A DNA stretch of 63,996 bases, filler included, from Atractiella rhizophila (lineage: Eukaryota), in the NCBI GenBank assembly GCA_021432655.1. It is 5 parts of 5 records of this genome, joined end to end, with 100 filler letters (N's around TTAATTAATTAA, not from the genome) between each part and the next. Parts side by side here need not be neighbours in the genome. Positions count along the whole stretch, not along the records: positions 30,970 to 46,319 come from MU271935.1; positions 46,420 to 61,707 come from MU271937.1; 3 more parts are not named here. One strand, 5' to 3'. Shown one piece after another: positions 38,681-51,469 of this stretch. The translations under genes were made by a program, and so were the position numbers. Each line of letters opens with the position of its first letter. Position 1 is the first letter of the stretch. The notes under the pieces were generated by a model. It was not told the origin of the DNA. It saw nothing but the letters and a program-made list of their open reading frames with translations, and made no database searches.

Positions 38681-41358
38681 CTGTGTGGGATCAGGAACTT
38701 TAACGGGATCAGGATCTTTAACACTACATATTAAAGTCTCCCAAAACTGTACCAATCTCTTAGAAATTCTGGATTCAGATTCTCCTCACCCATACGCACA
38801 TTTCACTTATAAACACTGAGATGATTACTGCACATCTCTGTAAGTTATTAAGGAAAATAAGGTGTTGTACAGAATAGTGATTTTCTGCAAAAATATACAC
38901 AATATCCCAAATCTCTCTTGCCCCAATTCAAGTGTAAGGTCTATCCAATCATGACCCGAAATGTTGCTGTGGTCAGTCAACAACTCGTTGGACGGTAACC
39001 TGTTTGAGTGGATTGTAGGGAGGAGACAAGGGTGCGCAAAATCCGCAAATTTAAGTTAAAGTGTGCAATTTGACACGGTTTTTAGGTCATGTGTAACAAG
39101 AACACGAAACTCGGACCATCAATGCCGCTGCAGTTGTTTTGAATGGCATTGATTGTTTCAGAACGTGACGCGACTTTTCTCTTTCTTTTTCAATTTGCTT
39201 ATCACTCCCTAGCATCCTCAACATGCCTTCTAAGAAGAAAAAACCCCCTTTTTTAACCACCCAAGAGTTAGCAACCCAAAAAGAGAAGGATTATGTGGAG
39301 GCTGTAGAAATTTATTGGAGGAGGCAAGAGGAGGCTGACAGGACAAAGAACAAGAAGTGTGCTATCTCCTTTCGTGAGCTCTCACGTCAATATTGCTATC
39401 CAAATGGCAAAGGGGGCTTTACCTACATGAATTATGGGACATTGAGGATTCGGTGTCAAGGAAGGTTAAGTCGCATTGAAAGTCATCAACACCTGAGACT
39501 TTTAAGCGAAGGAGAAGAAGCTGGGCTTGTAAGCTGGCTTAGATGGGTTGGAGATTCAGGTCTTCCTCTCCACCGGAGGGGCTTGTATCTGGTGGTGAAG
39601 AAGATTATAGGACGGATACCGGGCAAGAAATGGTACTCCCGTTTCATGAAGCAGAACAAAGCTGAAATCAAGAGCTTTCAGTCAAATCCTTTGGACCCAA
39701 AGCGTGCCAGAGCATTCAATCGAACAAATGTCAACTCGTATTTCAATCTCATTGAGGATACCATGTAAAGATATGGTATCATCTGGGATAATGTTGCAAA
39801 TATGGATGAGAAAGGCCTCCAGTTAGGAGGAGGACGGAAGATGGGCAGGCAGCGAGTTATAGGTGCTGCTGAAAGGAAAACAGTCTATCGAGCAAAGTCG
39901 GATAAGCTGGAGCTGGTCACACTCATTGAATGTGTGACTGCAAGTGGAGGATCACTCTCTCCTCTATTCATCTTCTCTGGTAAACGCTTTCAGAAAGCCT
40001 GGTTAGAGGATTTAACGGAGGCACAAAAGAATCAGATATTGTGCGCTCTTATTGCTACTGCTTCTCAACACTCACACTTCTTCTTTAGTGTCGGTCTATC
40101 AGAAAATGGGTGGACAGATGAGGTGTTGGGCTATCTGTGGTTCACACTGATTTATGTTCCCTATGTCCAAAATCGACCTGATCCTAGCCTTCCATGTCTC
40201 CTCGTCGTCGATGGCCACAGTTCCCACGCATCTGCGCTCATTATTCGTTACGTCTGGGAGAACCTTCGTGATGTCGTCCACATCATCTGCCTCCCCCCTC
40301 ACACGACACACAAGTTGCAGCCACTTGATGTTGGTGTATTTGGACTGATCGGAAGGGCTTGGAGCGATATTACAGATGATTTGCTGCACGATGGATTTGA
40401 CGTCTCCAAGAACAATCTCATTTCGAGATACTTACGATGTCGGGATGAAGGAATGAAAGCAAGCACTATTGTCAGTGCTTGGGCGTCGACAGGTCTCCTC
40501 ATTCACGACCATTCGGGAACCTCTTTCGTCAATCGGAATCACTTGAAGTGGTGAGGGATCATGGATCCGACACAATGTTGGCTAATCATGAGTATAGCAC
40601 CACAACCTGGCCCTTCAGACCATCCAGCTGTTTCCAGCACCTCAGGGAAGCGAATGCTTCCACAAGACGACCTCAACGACACCATCCCAGCAGCAAAACG
40701 GCCATTCTCCATCACAGATGGCCTCACATCAATCCAACAACTGTACTCACCACATCAAGCCTATCACCATCAAACCACAGCCATTCCACTCCACCAACAA
40801 TATCACTATCCACCTAATCTCGAGTATCCAGCACCTCCCCCAGTCCCTGATCCAGCACAATACCACCCCAGCAGTTCTGGATGGACAACGAACTCAGTGG
40901 GCGGGATGCCCAGCGAATGGCACTAACCTACAGCCATTATCCCAAGTTATTTTGATATTAAGCGCTTAAGAAGGACTCACACCAGATATACAGCTCGTAT
41001 TAATATCTCCTAAAGCTTGTAAATGATGGAAATTGGTCGGAGGATGGTTGCGAGGCGCTTCGTTAGAATTTGGCCCAAAAAGGAAGTGCGCGACCGCTTC
41101 ATCAACGATCATCGCGACCGTTTGAGCAGACTCATGATCATTTTGTCCAAAATGAGTACTCCTCAATCAGACCGCTGTGGCTGAGCAAGGAGACGTGATT
41201 TCGCTCTGAGAACTTACAGGGGTCTAGGGAAGACCTATTACGAGGTTTCCCGGCTCATCCGCACAAGCTAGCCATTGTATTCTGGGTACAAAGACGCGTT
41301 GTTAAAGATCTATGGTAAAATTTCAACCTTAGTTGTTAAAGTTCCTGATCCCACACAG
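38681..41358 (+). mobile_element. Fot1/pogo-like (Tc1/mariner superfamily) DNA transposon, 2678 bp
   Basis: Perfect 24-bp TIRs CTGTGTGGGATCAGGAACTTTAAC (38681-38704; inverted at 41335-41358), TA target duplication on both sides, and an inner repeat of the TIR core. Confidence 0.96.
39223..40554 (+). pseudogene. Fot1/pogo DDD transposase interrupted by one in-frame stop (TAA 39766-39768)
   Basis: HTH/CENP-B-like region (LLSEGEEAGLVSWL...PGKKWYSRFMK), then NMDEKG, VTLIECVTASG, SENGWTD, LLVVDGHSSH and CLPPHTTHKLQPLDVGVF. The two ORFs are in the same frame. Probable in-frame intron 40041-40088. Confidence 0.92.
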
Positions 41359-41416
41359 TATATAAACTGCTCTGGCTCTGTGTGGCCTTTCTCCATCAAT
41401 CTACAGACTTTCCATC

Positions 41417-42326
41417 ATGTCTGGAAGCAATGTGACGTCCCTTCATACCTTGTTTGATGCTGTTAGAGAGAAATACTCTATTTCTTTGGATCCCTCTGGT
41501 CATGGGAAAGGTATCAATGAAAGGTGGATGTTCTTCTCAATTCTTTACACCTTTCTTTTATTAAGTACTGGTTATCCTTTTAGATCTCATGGATTGTTAT
41601 GGCTTGGAAGCTTTTAAGATCGGTTTCAATGGCAATGATCTCTGTCACAATGTTCTTCCAAAAGCAGGTAAGTTCTTTGCTTGTGTACCTTCCTATCTTT
41701 TTCTGATCTTTGTGGTTTCCATCGCAGTGAAGCGTTGGGTCATGGGAGAGAATGAGAATGTCCCCTTGGTTCTCTCTTATGATCCCATCAGTGATGAATT
41801 CTCCACCCTCATGAATTCATATATCGTCAACTCTGCAGTGCGCCTTATGGATGGACAGTTCCCCGTTTTGCTTCATCCAGGGGAGAAGAGGTGAGTTCTC
41901 TTGATTCCTGTCTCACATTAGTGCCATCTTACTCATTTTTGGATGTAGGAGGCGCTATGAACCCTATCATGTAGCCTGGTATCAGTGTCAAGGCACCAGG
42001 GGCAGTCTTAGGACCACTTATGGCGATCCCATGGTGTGGGCACGGTCCAAGAACTTTTTCTTGACTGCTGTGGTCCCAATAGGTTCGTTCTCTATCCTAT
42101 TTCCTTTCATATTTTCGCCTAATCCATGTTTATAGAGATATACTGCCGTTTATCGCCTAGACAGTTCCGAGCAATCATCAGGAGGAGGGAGAAGGAGGCA
42201 TGGCAGTATGATGATTCTGCAGATCATGATCTGGAGAAGGAGGCTATTGACCTTTGCAAAAGGCACTCTGTATTGCCCCACAAGGTACCTTGGGGTCAGT
42301 TCATAGAGTTGGAGGCTAAGAAATAA
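41417..42326 (+). CDS. Intact five-exon hypothetical protein inside the TE cluster
   Basis: Introns 41511-41583, 41668-41727, 41891-41948 and 42083-42135 all splice in frame (MSGSNV...IELEAKK*). TATAAA at 41361. Confidence 0.7.
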
Positions 42327-42428
42327 ATGTGATTCATTCGATTCATCACAAACACTTTATGCTAGAGGATTTTGCCTTCTCAACACATAAACTGGATTGT
42401 TAAAGAATAAGAAGAGCTACTGGTTAGC

Positions 42429-43631
42429 ATGTTTGAAGCCAATATCACCAGCATTTTATCCCGGTCACCAACATTTTGCCCACACATCTCACATTTTATT
42501 CGAGATGGCAAGCTATTTCCTATGGCGTCGCCTATGCCTGTTACAAATCCTCTTCGTATTGCTGCCTCAGAACGAAAAGTTCTTATAGTCCCATTTGTCC
42601 TTTATTGTGATGACAGTTCTGGCAACATATCGAAGAAGTGGGACAAGCATATTTCAGCCCTGATGACTCTTGCTGGCCTGCCGAATCAAATCCAGCAACA
42701 AGAGTTCAATGTTCATTTTATTGGGACATCAAATATTGTCTCTGCGACCGAATTGCTGGAAGGCATTGTTGAGCAGCTCAATAAGTGTTGGTCTGAAGGA
42801 GTCATATCATATGACAACACTACTGGAAAAGAACTATTCTTGTGTCCAATTATCATTGTCTTTGAAGGAGATAATCCTATGCAAGCTGAGGCTTGTTCCT
42901 GCTCTTCCTCACTCAAGAGCAAGCTTAAAGTTTTGCCGAGTCTGCAAAGTGGGAGAGGAAAAAAAGGTGATCAGCTTACAGAAACTGGTGTTGCGAACTT
43001 TATGCAGACTGGTGAGCCAAGATCTATGCAGGAGACAAAACACATAGTGCAGGAGATTCATCAGATGGCATCCGAATTTCGTTCTAAGGCCCGGGTTACG
43101 AACGAGCAGCGCAAGACAGGAGTGAGAGATGCTTTTGTTGCCTACTTCATGGAAGAACTTCTCCAGCTTGCAGAATCTATGGAAGATGCCAACATCTCTA
43201 CTGATGAGCTCAGGGCATGCCTGAAAGCTCTCCATAATGAGCAACTTGGTAAAAAGTGGCATTATAACCCTCTGTTTGATCTTCAGGCATTTGACTGTCA
43301 TCAAGATACATCCTTTGAGATCTTCACAGCATTCTGCTCAGCTTTGTCAAATTCTTCTGGCGGGACAGCATTAACAGCTTGTCTAACAGGCAAAAAAAAA
43401 ACTCTTGTTACTCACAATCCAGATGGGCTTAGATGCAGTTTTCCTCGAGGGAGAACACTTATACAGTATGCACACAGTCTGGTTGGAACAGGTTCTGTAT
43501 CATTTCTCAGCTTGCTGTCTTTGCCCTTCTGGACCTCATTTCACAGCCTCGAATGGATGCTTGGGTTGCATTGGGCTGTTATACAAGGCATCACCAGACA
43601 TGCTGGTCCCTCCTCTGCCAGACATTATTGA
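42429..43631 (+). pseudogene. Decayed basidiomycete-type transposase (probably CMC/EnSpm-like), frameshifted
   Basis: LYCDDSSGNISKKWDKH, QEFNVHFIGTSN, GDNPMQAEACS, FDCHQDT. The expected CRVC lies in another frame near 42935, indicating frameshifts. The motif family is recalled from fungal TE proteins; the superfamily is tentative. Confidence 0.65.
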
Positions 43632-44499
43632 TGGTGTGGAAGAATATGAAACGGAGGAGATTGGAGATATGAGGAAAGAAAGAGGTGGAAAGTTTCAATA
43701 GCATGAACGATGGAAAGGCTACACTGTGGCCAGTAACTCTCAGGAATCGCTTCAAAACCTTCAAGACCATGATAAAGGTACCATTGATGACTTCCATCAC
43801 AAAAATCCCACTCTCAAAGCCCCACCTTTTTCGGCAATTCATCGTTCTCACCGTACTTAAGGCAGTCGACGACAACCCAAGAGTTAACGTTGTATGCTCC
43901 ATTGCAAAACGGTCTTTAACGCCTTTGATGCCTTCTCTGATGGATAGTCCACTAGTTGGGCTAGAGAAGGCACTGGAGCATCTTCAACAGTGCTCTGGCA
44001 ATGTGTACATTGGTATGTCTCCTCTGTGAAAACGATGGTCATGGCTCATTGGTCTTCCTTCCACATGTACACTTTACACAACCTGGCACGATGCACATTT
44101 AAACTTCGATGCAAACCACAATACACTGTTATCAGCACAAGCTCTTAAATCTCCCAGAGGCTCCCCATGGTCAGTAAGAGAGCGACAGTGATCAACTCTG
44201 TCCTTGGATATTTTCAGCATCTTCCAGATTCAGAAATAGGGGGTATTGTCAGGATCGGCCCCAGATTGCCAAATTAGCCTATTTAGAGTCATGGGCTCCA
44301 TCTATGCGATCTATGTTTGTGTTGCTTTATTTTTGCGTTTCTGTTTCCCCACCCCTTTGCTTTACATATCATGTGACCTTTGCACCCTATCCTAGATAGA
44401 GTTAGAGTTATTGTTTCTAGCTGTACATGCCTGACTTGAAAGCAATGCTCAGCAGCTGCACGAGAGCAATATTTGTTGTGGCTAAGAAACCAGTTTCGG

Positions 44500-46319
44500 G
44501 CTGCTGTGGAGCTCTCAGGCAATTAAAAATCCCGCAACCAAAAATTAATGCAAACTGGACCAGAAAGGCAATGCGTGCTGCAGCAAACAAGCCCTTGCTT
44601 TGCAACTCCTGAGCTGATGCTTTCGGTCCGTAGCAGTCTTGAGGAACCCGGTGATATCGACAGGAGCCGCAGCAAGAGCCGACAAGAGCATTGCATTTGA
44701 GCTGCAAAGCAGCACAGAACTACTTGGTGAATATATGTAACATAACTTGAAACCTTTCCTGTTTTCCTTTTTCGGAATACAACTTATCTTGATCCTGTAT
44801 TAGCTGTAGTAATAACAATGCTATTTCAGTGATTGTATTCTATCCACGTTAAAGTGACAGAGGCCACGGCATTCTGTTCAAATCACACATATATAGGAAT
44901 GTAAGATTCTTTTTGTTCAGTGGACACATAGCCTGTAAACACTGGAGTCAGCCATATCCAAGAAAACAGAGCTATAACGCACATTCACACTCTGAATTCG
45001 GATTCTTGCGCAATTGTTCCCCTTGTCCATGACGTTCCCTGAACCGGAAAGTCCTCTACGTCCTGTTTCCACGCATCTTCCTGTGACCTACCGCAATGCC
45101 AGTTAGTGTGCATCTTAGGGGACAGAACGCTCGCACGTATCAGTTTGCCCTGCAGCCAACCGTCGCACAATCCCTTGAAGTCTCCGATCTCCCTCATTCC
45201 AGAACTCCTTCCCTGCAATCTTCGGAGCTTCACCCCATTTACCACGCAAGCCTCCGCGCTGCCAATCAGGTCAGTTGGAAGGAAAGACGGCCTGAGAGCA
45301 ACGAACGAGGAATGCATATTGGCCTTGCAATTCCTTCGAGGCAGATATATCTGGATAACCTTTTACGATTTCGACAGTCAGGTCAACGATGTTTTTCACC
45401 CCCCCAGCGGCATTGGGGTCCATAGATTTAACAAGCTACAAAGTAATGATGAACCCATTAGCCGATGTGACCAGGATGAAAAGGTTAACTCACAAGTTCC
45501 TTCAACTTAGACCGTTTCTGCTCTGCATGATGATCAATTCGCTCCATTACCTTCTTCGTCATTGTTTGATTCTTCCAGAGGGACTCTAAACTTAGCAGCA
45601 TCATTCCATTGCGTTCCCGTTCCAACATATAGTCCTATCAGCAATCAGATACTATTTAAATGCTCGTGGGTGTCATTAAATCCATCCTTGTATGATACCA
45701 CTCTATGATCCCGAAGAAGATGTTGAACGGTTCCACAACAGCACTCTACCACCCATTACACATCTGCAATGTTCTGACAAGAGAACAGGTATACCTACCT
45801 CTATAATTTTCGGTGTTTCCCAGGAGACAACAAACTTATCAACCAGGTCTGCGAACTGCCGCTGAAGTCCCACTTGGGTGGCATAGATCGATGTCAGCCG
45901 GATCGCAATGTGGGACTGCCGATAAAGGTTAATGCTTCAGGGTTGCAGGTGAATAGTAGAACTAGAACTAACCCTAGCAAAAGCCATCAATCCTACAAGG
46001 TCCGACCGTTGCAGAAACCGGTTGTTGTCAATAAGCCTTAGTAGGGCATTGTTGAGTTCTTCCAAAGATAGCTCACGCCCACTCCGAGTGTTTGGACTGG
46101 GAGGTCCTGTAGTGCTCTGCACTACTGGTTGTCGATGCCGTAGATCAAAGTCAGAATGATCGCGAGCTCGTGATCTGTCAACGGCATGGATATCTGAGTC
46201 TGACGATGATCCATGTAAGCCAAAATGACCTCCTATTCCTCCAAGGTTTGAGGTCAGGTTCTAAAGAGATAGAATTAATGTGAAGCGGCTTCCATACCAA
46301 ACACCTGTGAAAAATCAAG
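44500..46319 (-). CDS. Hypothetical multi-exon gene, possibly a TE accessory gene; 5'-truncated, boundaries approximate
   Basis: Minus-strand exon fragments (ELSLEELNNALLRLIDNN; WKQDVEDF; AAARIAFL) with GT-AG boundaries, converging on the decayed transposase. Confidence 0.4.
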
Positions 46320-46419
46320 NNNNNNNNNNNNNNNNNNNNNNNNNNNNNNNNNNNNNNNNNNNNTTAATTAATTAANNNNNNNNNNNNNNNNNNNNNNNNN
46401 NNNNNNNNNNNNNNNNNNN
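46320..46419. other. Artificial contig linker
   Basis: N44-TTAATTAATTAA-N44. Confidence 0.98.
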
Positions 46420-46665
46420 TGGAAGAGTTTTGGGAGAGGTATGGCGATGTTTTGTTTGAGGATGTGGAGGGAGGATCGGAGATGGCGCTTAGTTTGAGCG
46501 GGATGATGATGAAGGATAAGTTGCAGAGGATCAAGGAGTTCTTGGCTTGGGGAGAGGAGGATATGACCATCGGAAGAGAAAAAGTACGCCAACTTTCTTC
46601 CTTTTGAACCTGGTGCTCATTCTTCATCGATGTAGGTCTATCTCTCAGATATCGCTTTCAGAGAG
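46420..46665 (+). other. Probable end of the myosin-motor-like domain of the chitin synthase
   Basis: Upstream exon reads EEFWERYG...[12 protein letters not shown], spliced to [13 protein letters not shown], resembling the tail of the myosin-like domain of class V/VII enzymes. Confidence 0.55.
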
Positions 46666-49600
46666 TTGGAGGATCTTCTCCGAGTGCAGGACGAAGACGA
46701 GATGCGTCGCATCAAGGAGAAGGATAGACAAGACCTGGAGGTTGCCAATGGTCTCCTCCATGTACCGGTCGATCCTCTCGCCCCCTTCCCCACGTCTCCC
46801 ATGGAAGGCTATGGAGATGACTACGGCAAGATGGGCTCGAGCACGAATCTGCCAGCGAACATTGCGCCGATGGGAGTTGCAGACGATTACCCCGAAGATA
46901 GCAAGACGTTCTATTCCACGGACGACTACTTCTCCTCTGCCCGCGCGCTTCGAAAGAATGGAGGTTACGACGATGAAGGCGCGTCAGCTATCGGCTCTGA
47001 GCGCTTCAATCCGTCCAGAAATTTGTTCGATGCGGACCGCAAGACGGAGTTTGGGGAGAAGGCGGCCTATGGCTTGGATATGCAGAAGCCGGACGAGACG
47101 GTGGAAGAGATCGGGGATACCTCGGCACGAAAGAAATGGGTCTTCCTCACCTGGCTGTTGACCTGGTGGATCCCCTCCCCTTTGCTCTCTTGGGTCGGGC
47201 GGATGAAGCGACGAGATGTAAGGATGGCTTGGAGGGAGAAGCTCGCTATCAACATGCTCATCTGGTTGTTGTGTGGAGTCGCTGTCTTCATTATCGCCTT
47301 TTTGGGCAACCTCATCTGTCCCCGAGAATACGTGTACACCCAACAGGAAGTTCGCAATCACGGCTTCACGAACAACGCGGGCAATATGTTGGTATCCATC
47401 AATGGAGAGGTATTCGATTTGACGGATTTTGCACCTCTGCACTCTCCTGGGAACGATGTCATTCCTACTCTGACAATCCAGAAATGTAAGATTTCATGTC
47501 ATTAGAGAATGTAGCTGACTCGCGCGAGACCAGTCGGTGGAACGGACATATCAGCATTGTTCCCTCTCCAACCAAGTGCACTTTGCAATGGCGTCGACGG
47601 CACCATCAGCCCGTTTGTTGGCCTCGACTACTCTAACGCTTCCACGAACCTTCGTACCTACTCGAAATACCACGACTTCCGCGCCAGCACCAACGACTAT
47701 CGGCCGGATTGGTATTATGAGCAGATGATATTCTTGCGATATAATTACCGTCGTGGATTCGTGGGATACACGAAAGGCGATGTCCACAAACGTCGCTTGA
47801 CTTACAACACTGTCATCTATCGAGGTGGTGTCTACGACATGACTGATTACATTAACGCCGGCGGAGGAGTCCCCAACCTTCCCGACAACACTTTGCCACC
47901 TGCTGATGTCAACTACGAGTTTATGGATCCCCTCGTTGTCGCTCTCTTCCAACAAAAGAACGGGCAAGATATTACGAAGGAATTCGACTCGCTTCCTCTC
48001 AGCGCCGATCAAAAACAAATTCAACGCGTCTGCCTTCGAAATCTCTTCTTCATCGGCAAGCAGGACAATCGACGGTCGCCCCAATGCTTGTTCTCTCAGT
48101 ACATCCTCTTAGGTCTCAGTATCTTGCTTGCATCTGTCATTGGTTTCAAGTTCTTGGCTGCTCTCCAGTTTGGGCGGTCCAAGCAACCAGAGGACCACGA
48201 GAAGTTCGTTATATGTGCGTGAATCTTCTTGTTGAGGAATACAACTAACCTCCCTGTCAGGCCAAGTCCCATGTTACACGGAAGGGGAGGAGTCGCTCAG
48301 GAAATGTATTGACTCCCTCGCACAGCTCAAGTATGATGACAAGCGCAAGTTGTTGTTTATCGTCTGCGACGGCATGATCATCGGTTCTGGAAACGATCGA
48401 CCAACTCCTCGCATTGTTCTTGACATCCTCGGTTGTGACCCTACTTTGGACCCTGAACCACTCTCTTTCCTTTCGATCGGCGACGGCGCGAAGCAGCACA
48501 ACATGGGCAAGGTGTACTCTGGTCTTCATGAGTCTGCTGGTCATATCGTCCCCTATCTCGTTGTGGTCAAAGTCGGAAAGCCCTCCGAACGATCAAGACC
48601 CGGAAACAGAGGAAAGCGAGACTCGCAAATGCTTGTCATGAGGTTTTTGAACCGCGTGCATTTTGACGCCCCAATGGCTCCTCTCGAACTTGAAATTTTC
48701 CATCAGATCAAGAACGTCATCGGAGTGAATCCAACCTTTTACGAGGTCCGTTTGTTTCGCTCAAGTTGTATCTTCTGACACCGGAAGTAGTATGTACTCC
48801 AAGTTGATGCAGACACTGTTGTCGACAAGCTATCCCTCAACCGAATGGTTTCTTCTATGATGCACGACAAAAAAATCATGGGTCTTTGTGGAGAAACTTC
48901 GCTTGCAAACGCACGGCACTCCTTTACAACAATGATTCAAGTTTATGAGTGGGTTCTTTCATCTTCCGTTGGTGGAACTTCAACTGACAGTTTGAGTAAA
49001 GATACTTCATTTCTCATCATCTCGCGAAGGCATTCGAGAGTTTGTTCGGCTCTGTCACCTGTTTGCCTGGTTGCTTCTCGCTATATCGTATCAGGACTTC
49101 AGAGAACAAACCGTTGTTGATAAACAATCAGATTGTTCAATTGTACGGCGAGAACCGTGTGGATACATTGCACATGAAGGTAAGAGTTTAACACCGTCAT
49201 CAGGATGGCTTCTCACCTTGTTATAGAATCTGTTGCACCTCGGAGAAGATCGTTATCTGACAACCCTTATGTTGAAAGTAACTATTTCGCTTGTCTGGTT
49301 AGTACTCTGCTGACTCTTTTTTCTAAAGCAATTCCCGAAGTACAAGAATATCTTCATTCGTGACGCCTACGCCCAAACTATTGCCCCAGATGAGTGGAGC
49401 GTCCTTTTCTCTCAGCGTCGACGATGGATCAACTCTACCGTCCACAATCTCGCCGAATTGTTGATGATTGAGCGGATGTGCGGTTTTTGTCTCTTCTCCA
49501 TGAGATTTGTCGTCTTCCTCGATCTCTTCTCCACCCTGATTGCCCCCGTCAGGTGAGCCTTCAGCTGTCGCTTGATTTTGAATTTTGAGGTAACCATTGC

Positions 49601-50875
49601 TTCTTTAGCGTTGCCTACATAGTTTACCTGGTCTACCTTGTTGTCGCCCAAGGCGATTCCATCCCGATCACTTCTATCATTCTGTTGGGTGCAGTTTATG
49701 GTCTTCAAGCACTTATCTTTATTTTCCACCGCAAGTTTGAGCACATTGGTAAGCCGCATTCCCCGATAAGACGTAAAACTGAATGATGGCATCATAGGTT
49801 GGATGATCGTATACATTCTCGCCATCCCGATCTTCAGCTTCTTGCTCCCGCTCCTCAGCTTTTGGCAAATGGACAAGTAAATTGCTTCTTGCACAGTAAA
49901 CTCTTGCTGAAATGTGTCGCAGTTTCTCTTGGGGTAACACTCGTGTTGTCTTGGGAGAGAAAGGTCAACGTCTCGTCGTACACGACGAAGGAAAGTTTGA
50001 TCCAGCGGAGATTCCTCTGAAGCGCTGGCACGAATACGAAGAGGAACTTTGGGAGCGGGTGAGTCCCTTGTTTAATGCCAAATAATCCTAACATTGTCCC
50101 CTAGGGATCGAATAAGTCGATAGGATCGTTGATTGAGGAGTCGAAACGCAAGGCGATGGGGGATCACTCGCGCGAAGGCTCTCTATATGGCCGTCAGTCA
50201 ACACTGGGTGGAGCCTTACACTCTCGGGCACAATCTCGGATGGCAACTCCTATGGGCTTCGACCAGAAATCGCTTCTAGGTGGGGCACATGATCAACGTT
50301 CCATGATGGGAGGATATGAGCAGGCATCCTATCAACCTTCCATGCACGGGTTCGACCAGAAGTCAGCCTACAACATGCCCTATGACCAGAAGTCAGAATT
50401 TGGCGGTCCCGCGCGTTCAACTTATTCCGGTTTCATGGGAATGGGTCCTGGGAATGGATTTACACCTTTGAACGGTCCCCCTCCCAGTGCCAGGAGCTCA
50501 GCTTTCTTTGGTGGACCTGTCACGGGCGTGGCACCAACACCTGGTAACATGAGCCAAAGAAGCTCGGCTTTCTTTGGCGGACCCGGTGGGCCAGTTGGAG
50601 TTGGAGGATATGGAACAGTGGGACAAGGGAGTCAGTATGATCTTGGAGAGAGCATCATGATGGTGGAGCATGGAGGCGGTTGGGAGGCAGGGGACGGATG
50701 GCCTTCTGAGGACAAGATGACGAAGGAGATTAGGGATCTCCTTGCCAATGCTGATCTCAATACGATTACGAAGAAGAGCGTCAGGAAGACTTTGGAGGAG
50801 AAATATGGGACTACTCTGCAAGGCGATAGGAAGGAATGGGTGAACAAGGAGGTTGAAAGAGCCCTGGGAGCGTAG
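46420..50875 (+). CDS. Chitin synthase, class V/VII type (cytochrome b5-like + GT2 core + DEK-C), 5'-truncated
   Basis: [76 protein letters not shown], and DEK-C ([20 protein letters not shown]). Confidence 0.96.
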
Positions 50876-51469
50876 AAAGATGTGAGCCTTAATCTTCTTC
50901 GAAAAGCAGAATGTGCTCACTCTATACCACAGGTTGCCTTTGTTGGACAATCACGCCTTTTATTTTCGAACACGCGACGAGTTTTCCCTAACGTCCGCCC
51001 CGATATCCAGTCGTTGTTCAAACCCTCAGTTTTGAATCATATGTCATTCACACTTTCGATGACGGACTACTTCCTTTCTTATGGACTTCAATTCCTCGCT
51101 TCATTTCGTATACCTACTTGACGCCTTAGAATATTCTCAGTCAGCTTTAGTGGACTCCTTCGTTCTTCTCGTCTCTCCTATGACCCGGTAATATGTCTGG
51201 TTTATTCCAAGTAATAGTGCAGTAAATCAGTCCTGAAAATGAAAGCTAAGACGCGTTCCTCCCTTACAGATGTACACCAACTTCTGTTGCAAAGAGGATT
51301 TTAGTGGAGCAATATTTGGCTGTGACAATAAACATTGTTTGTCTGCCATGGTCCTGTGGCAAATCACCAGATGTCATCATGTCATCTCTAGCCTGAAAGG
51401 GCATGCATTACATAGTAAACGAAATAACCACCGAACAAAGAACCAGAAGAAGAAAGCTACTAGATCCCT

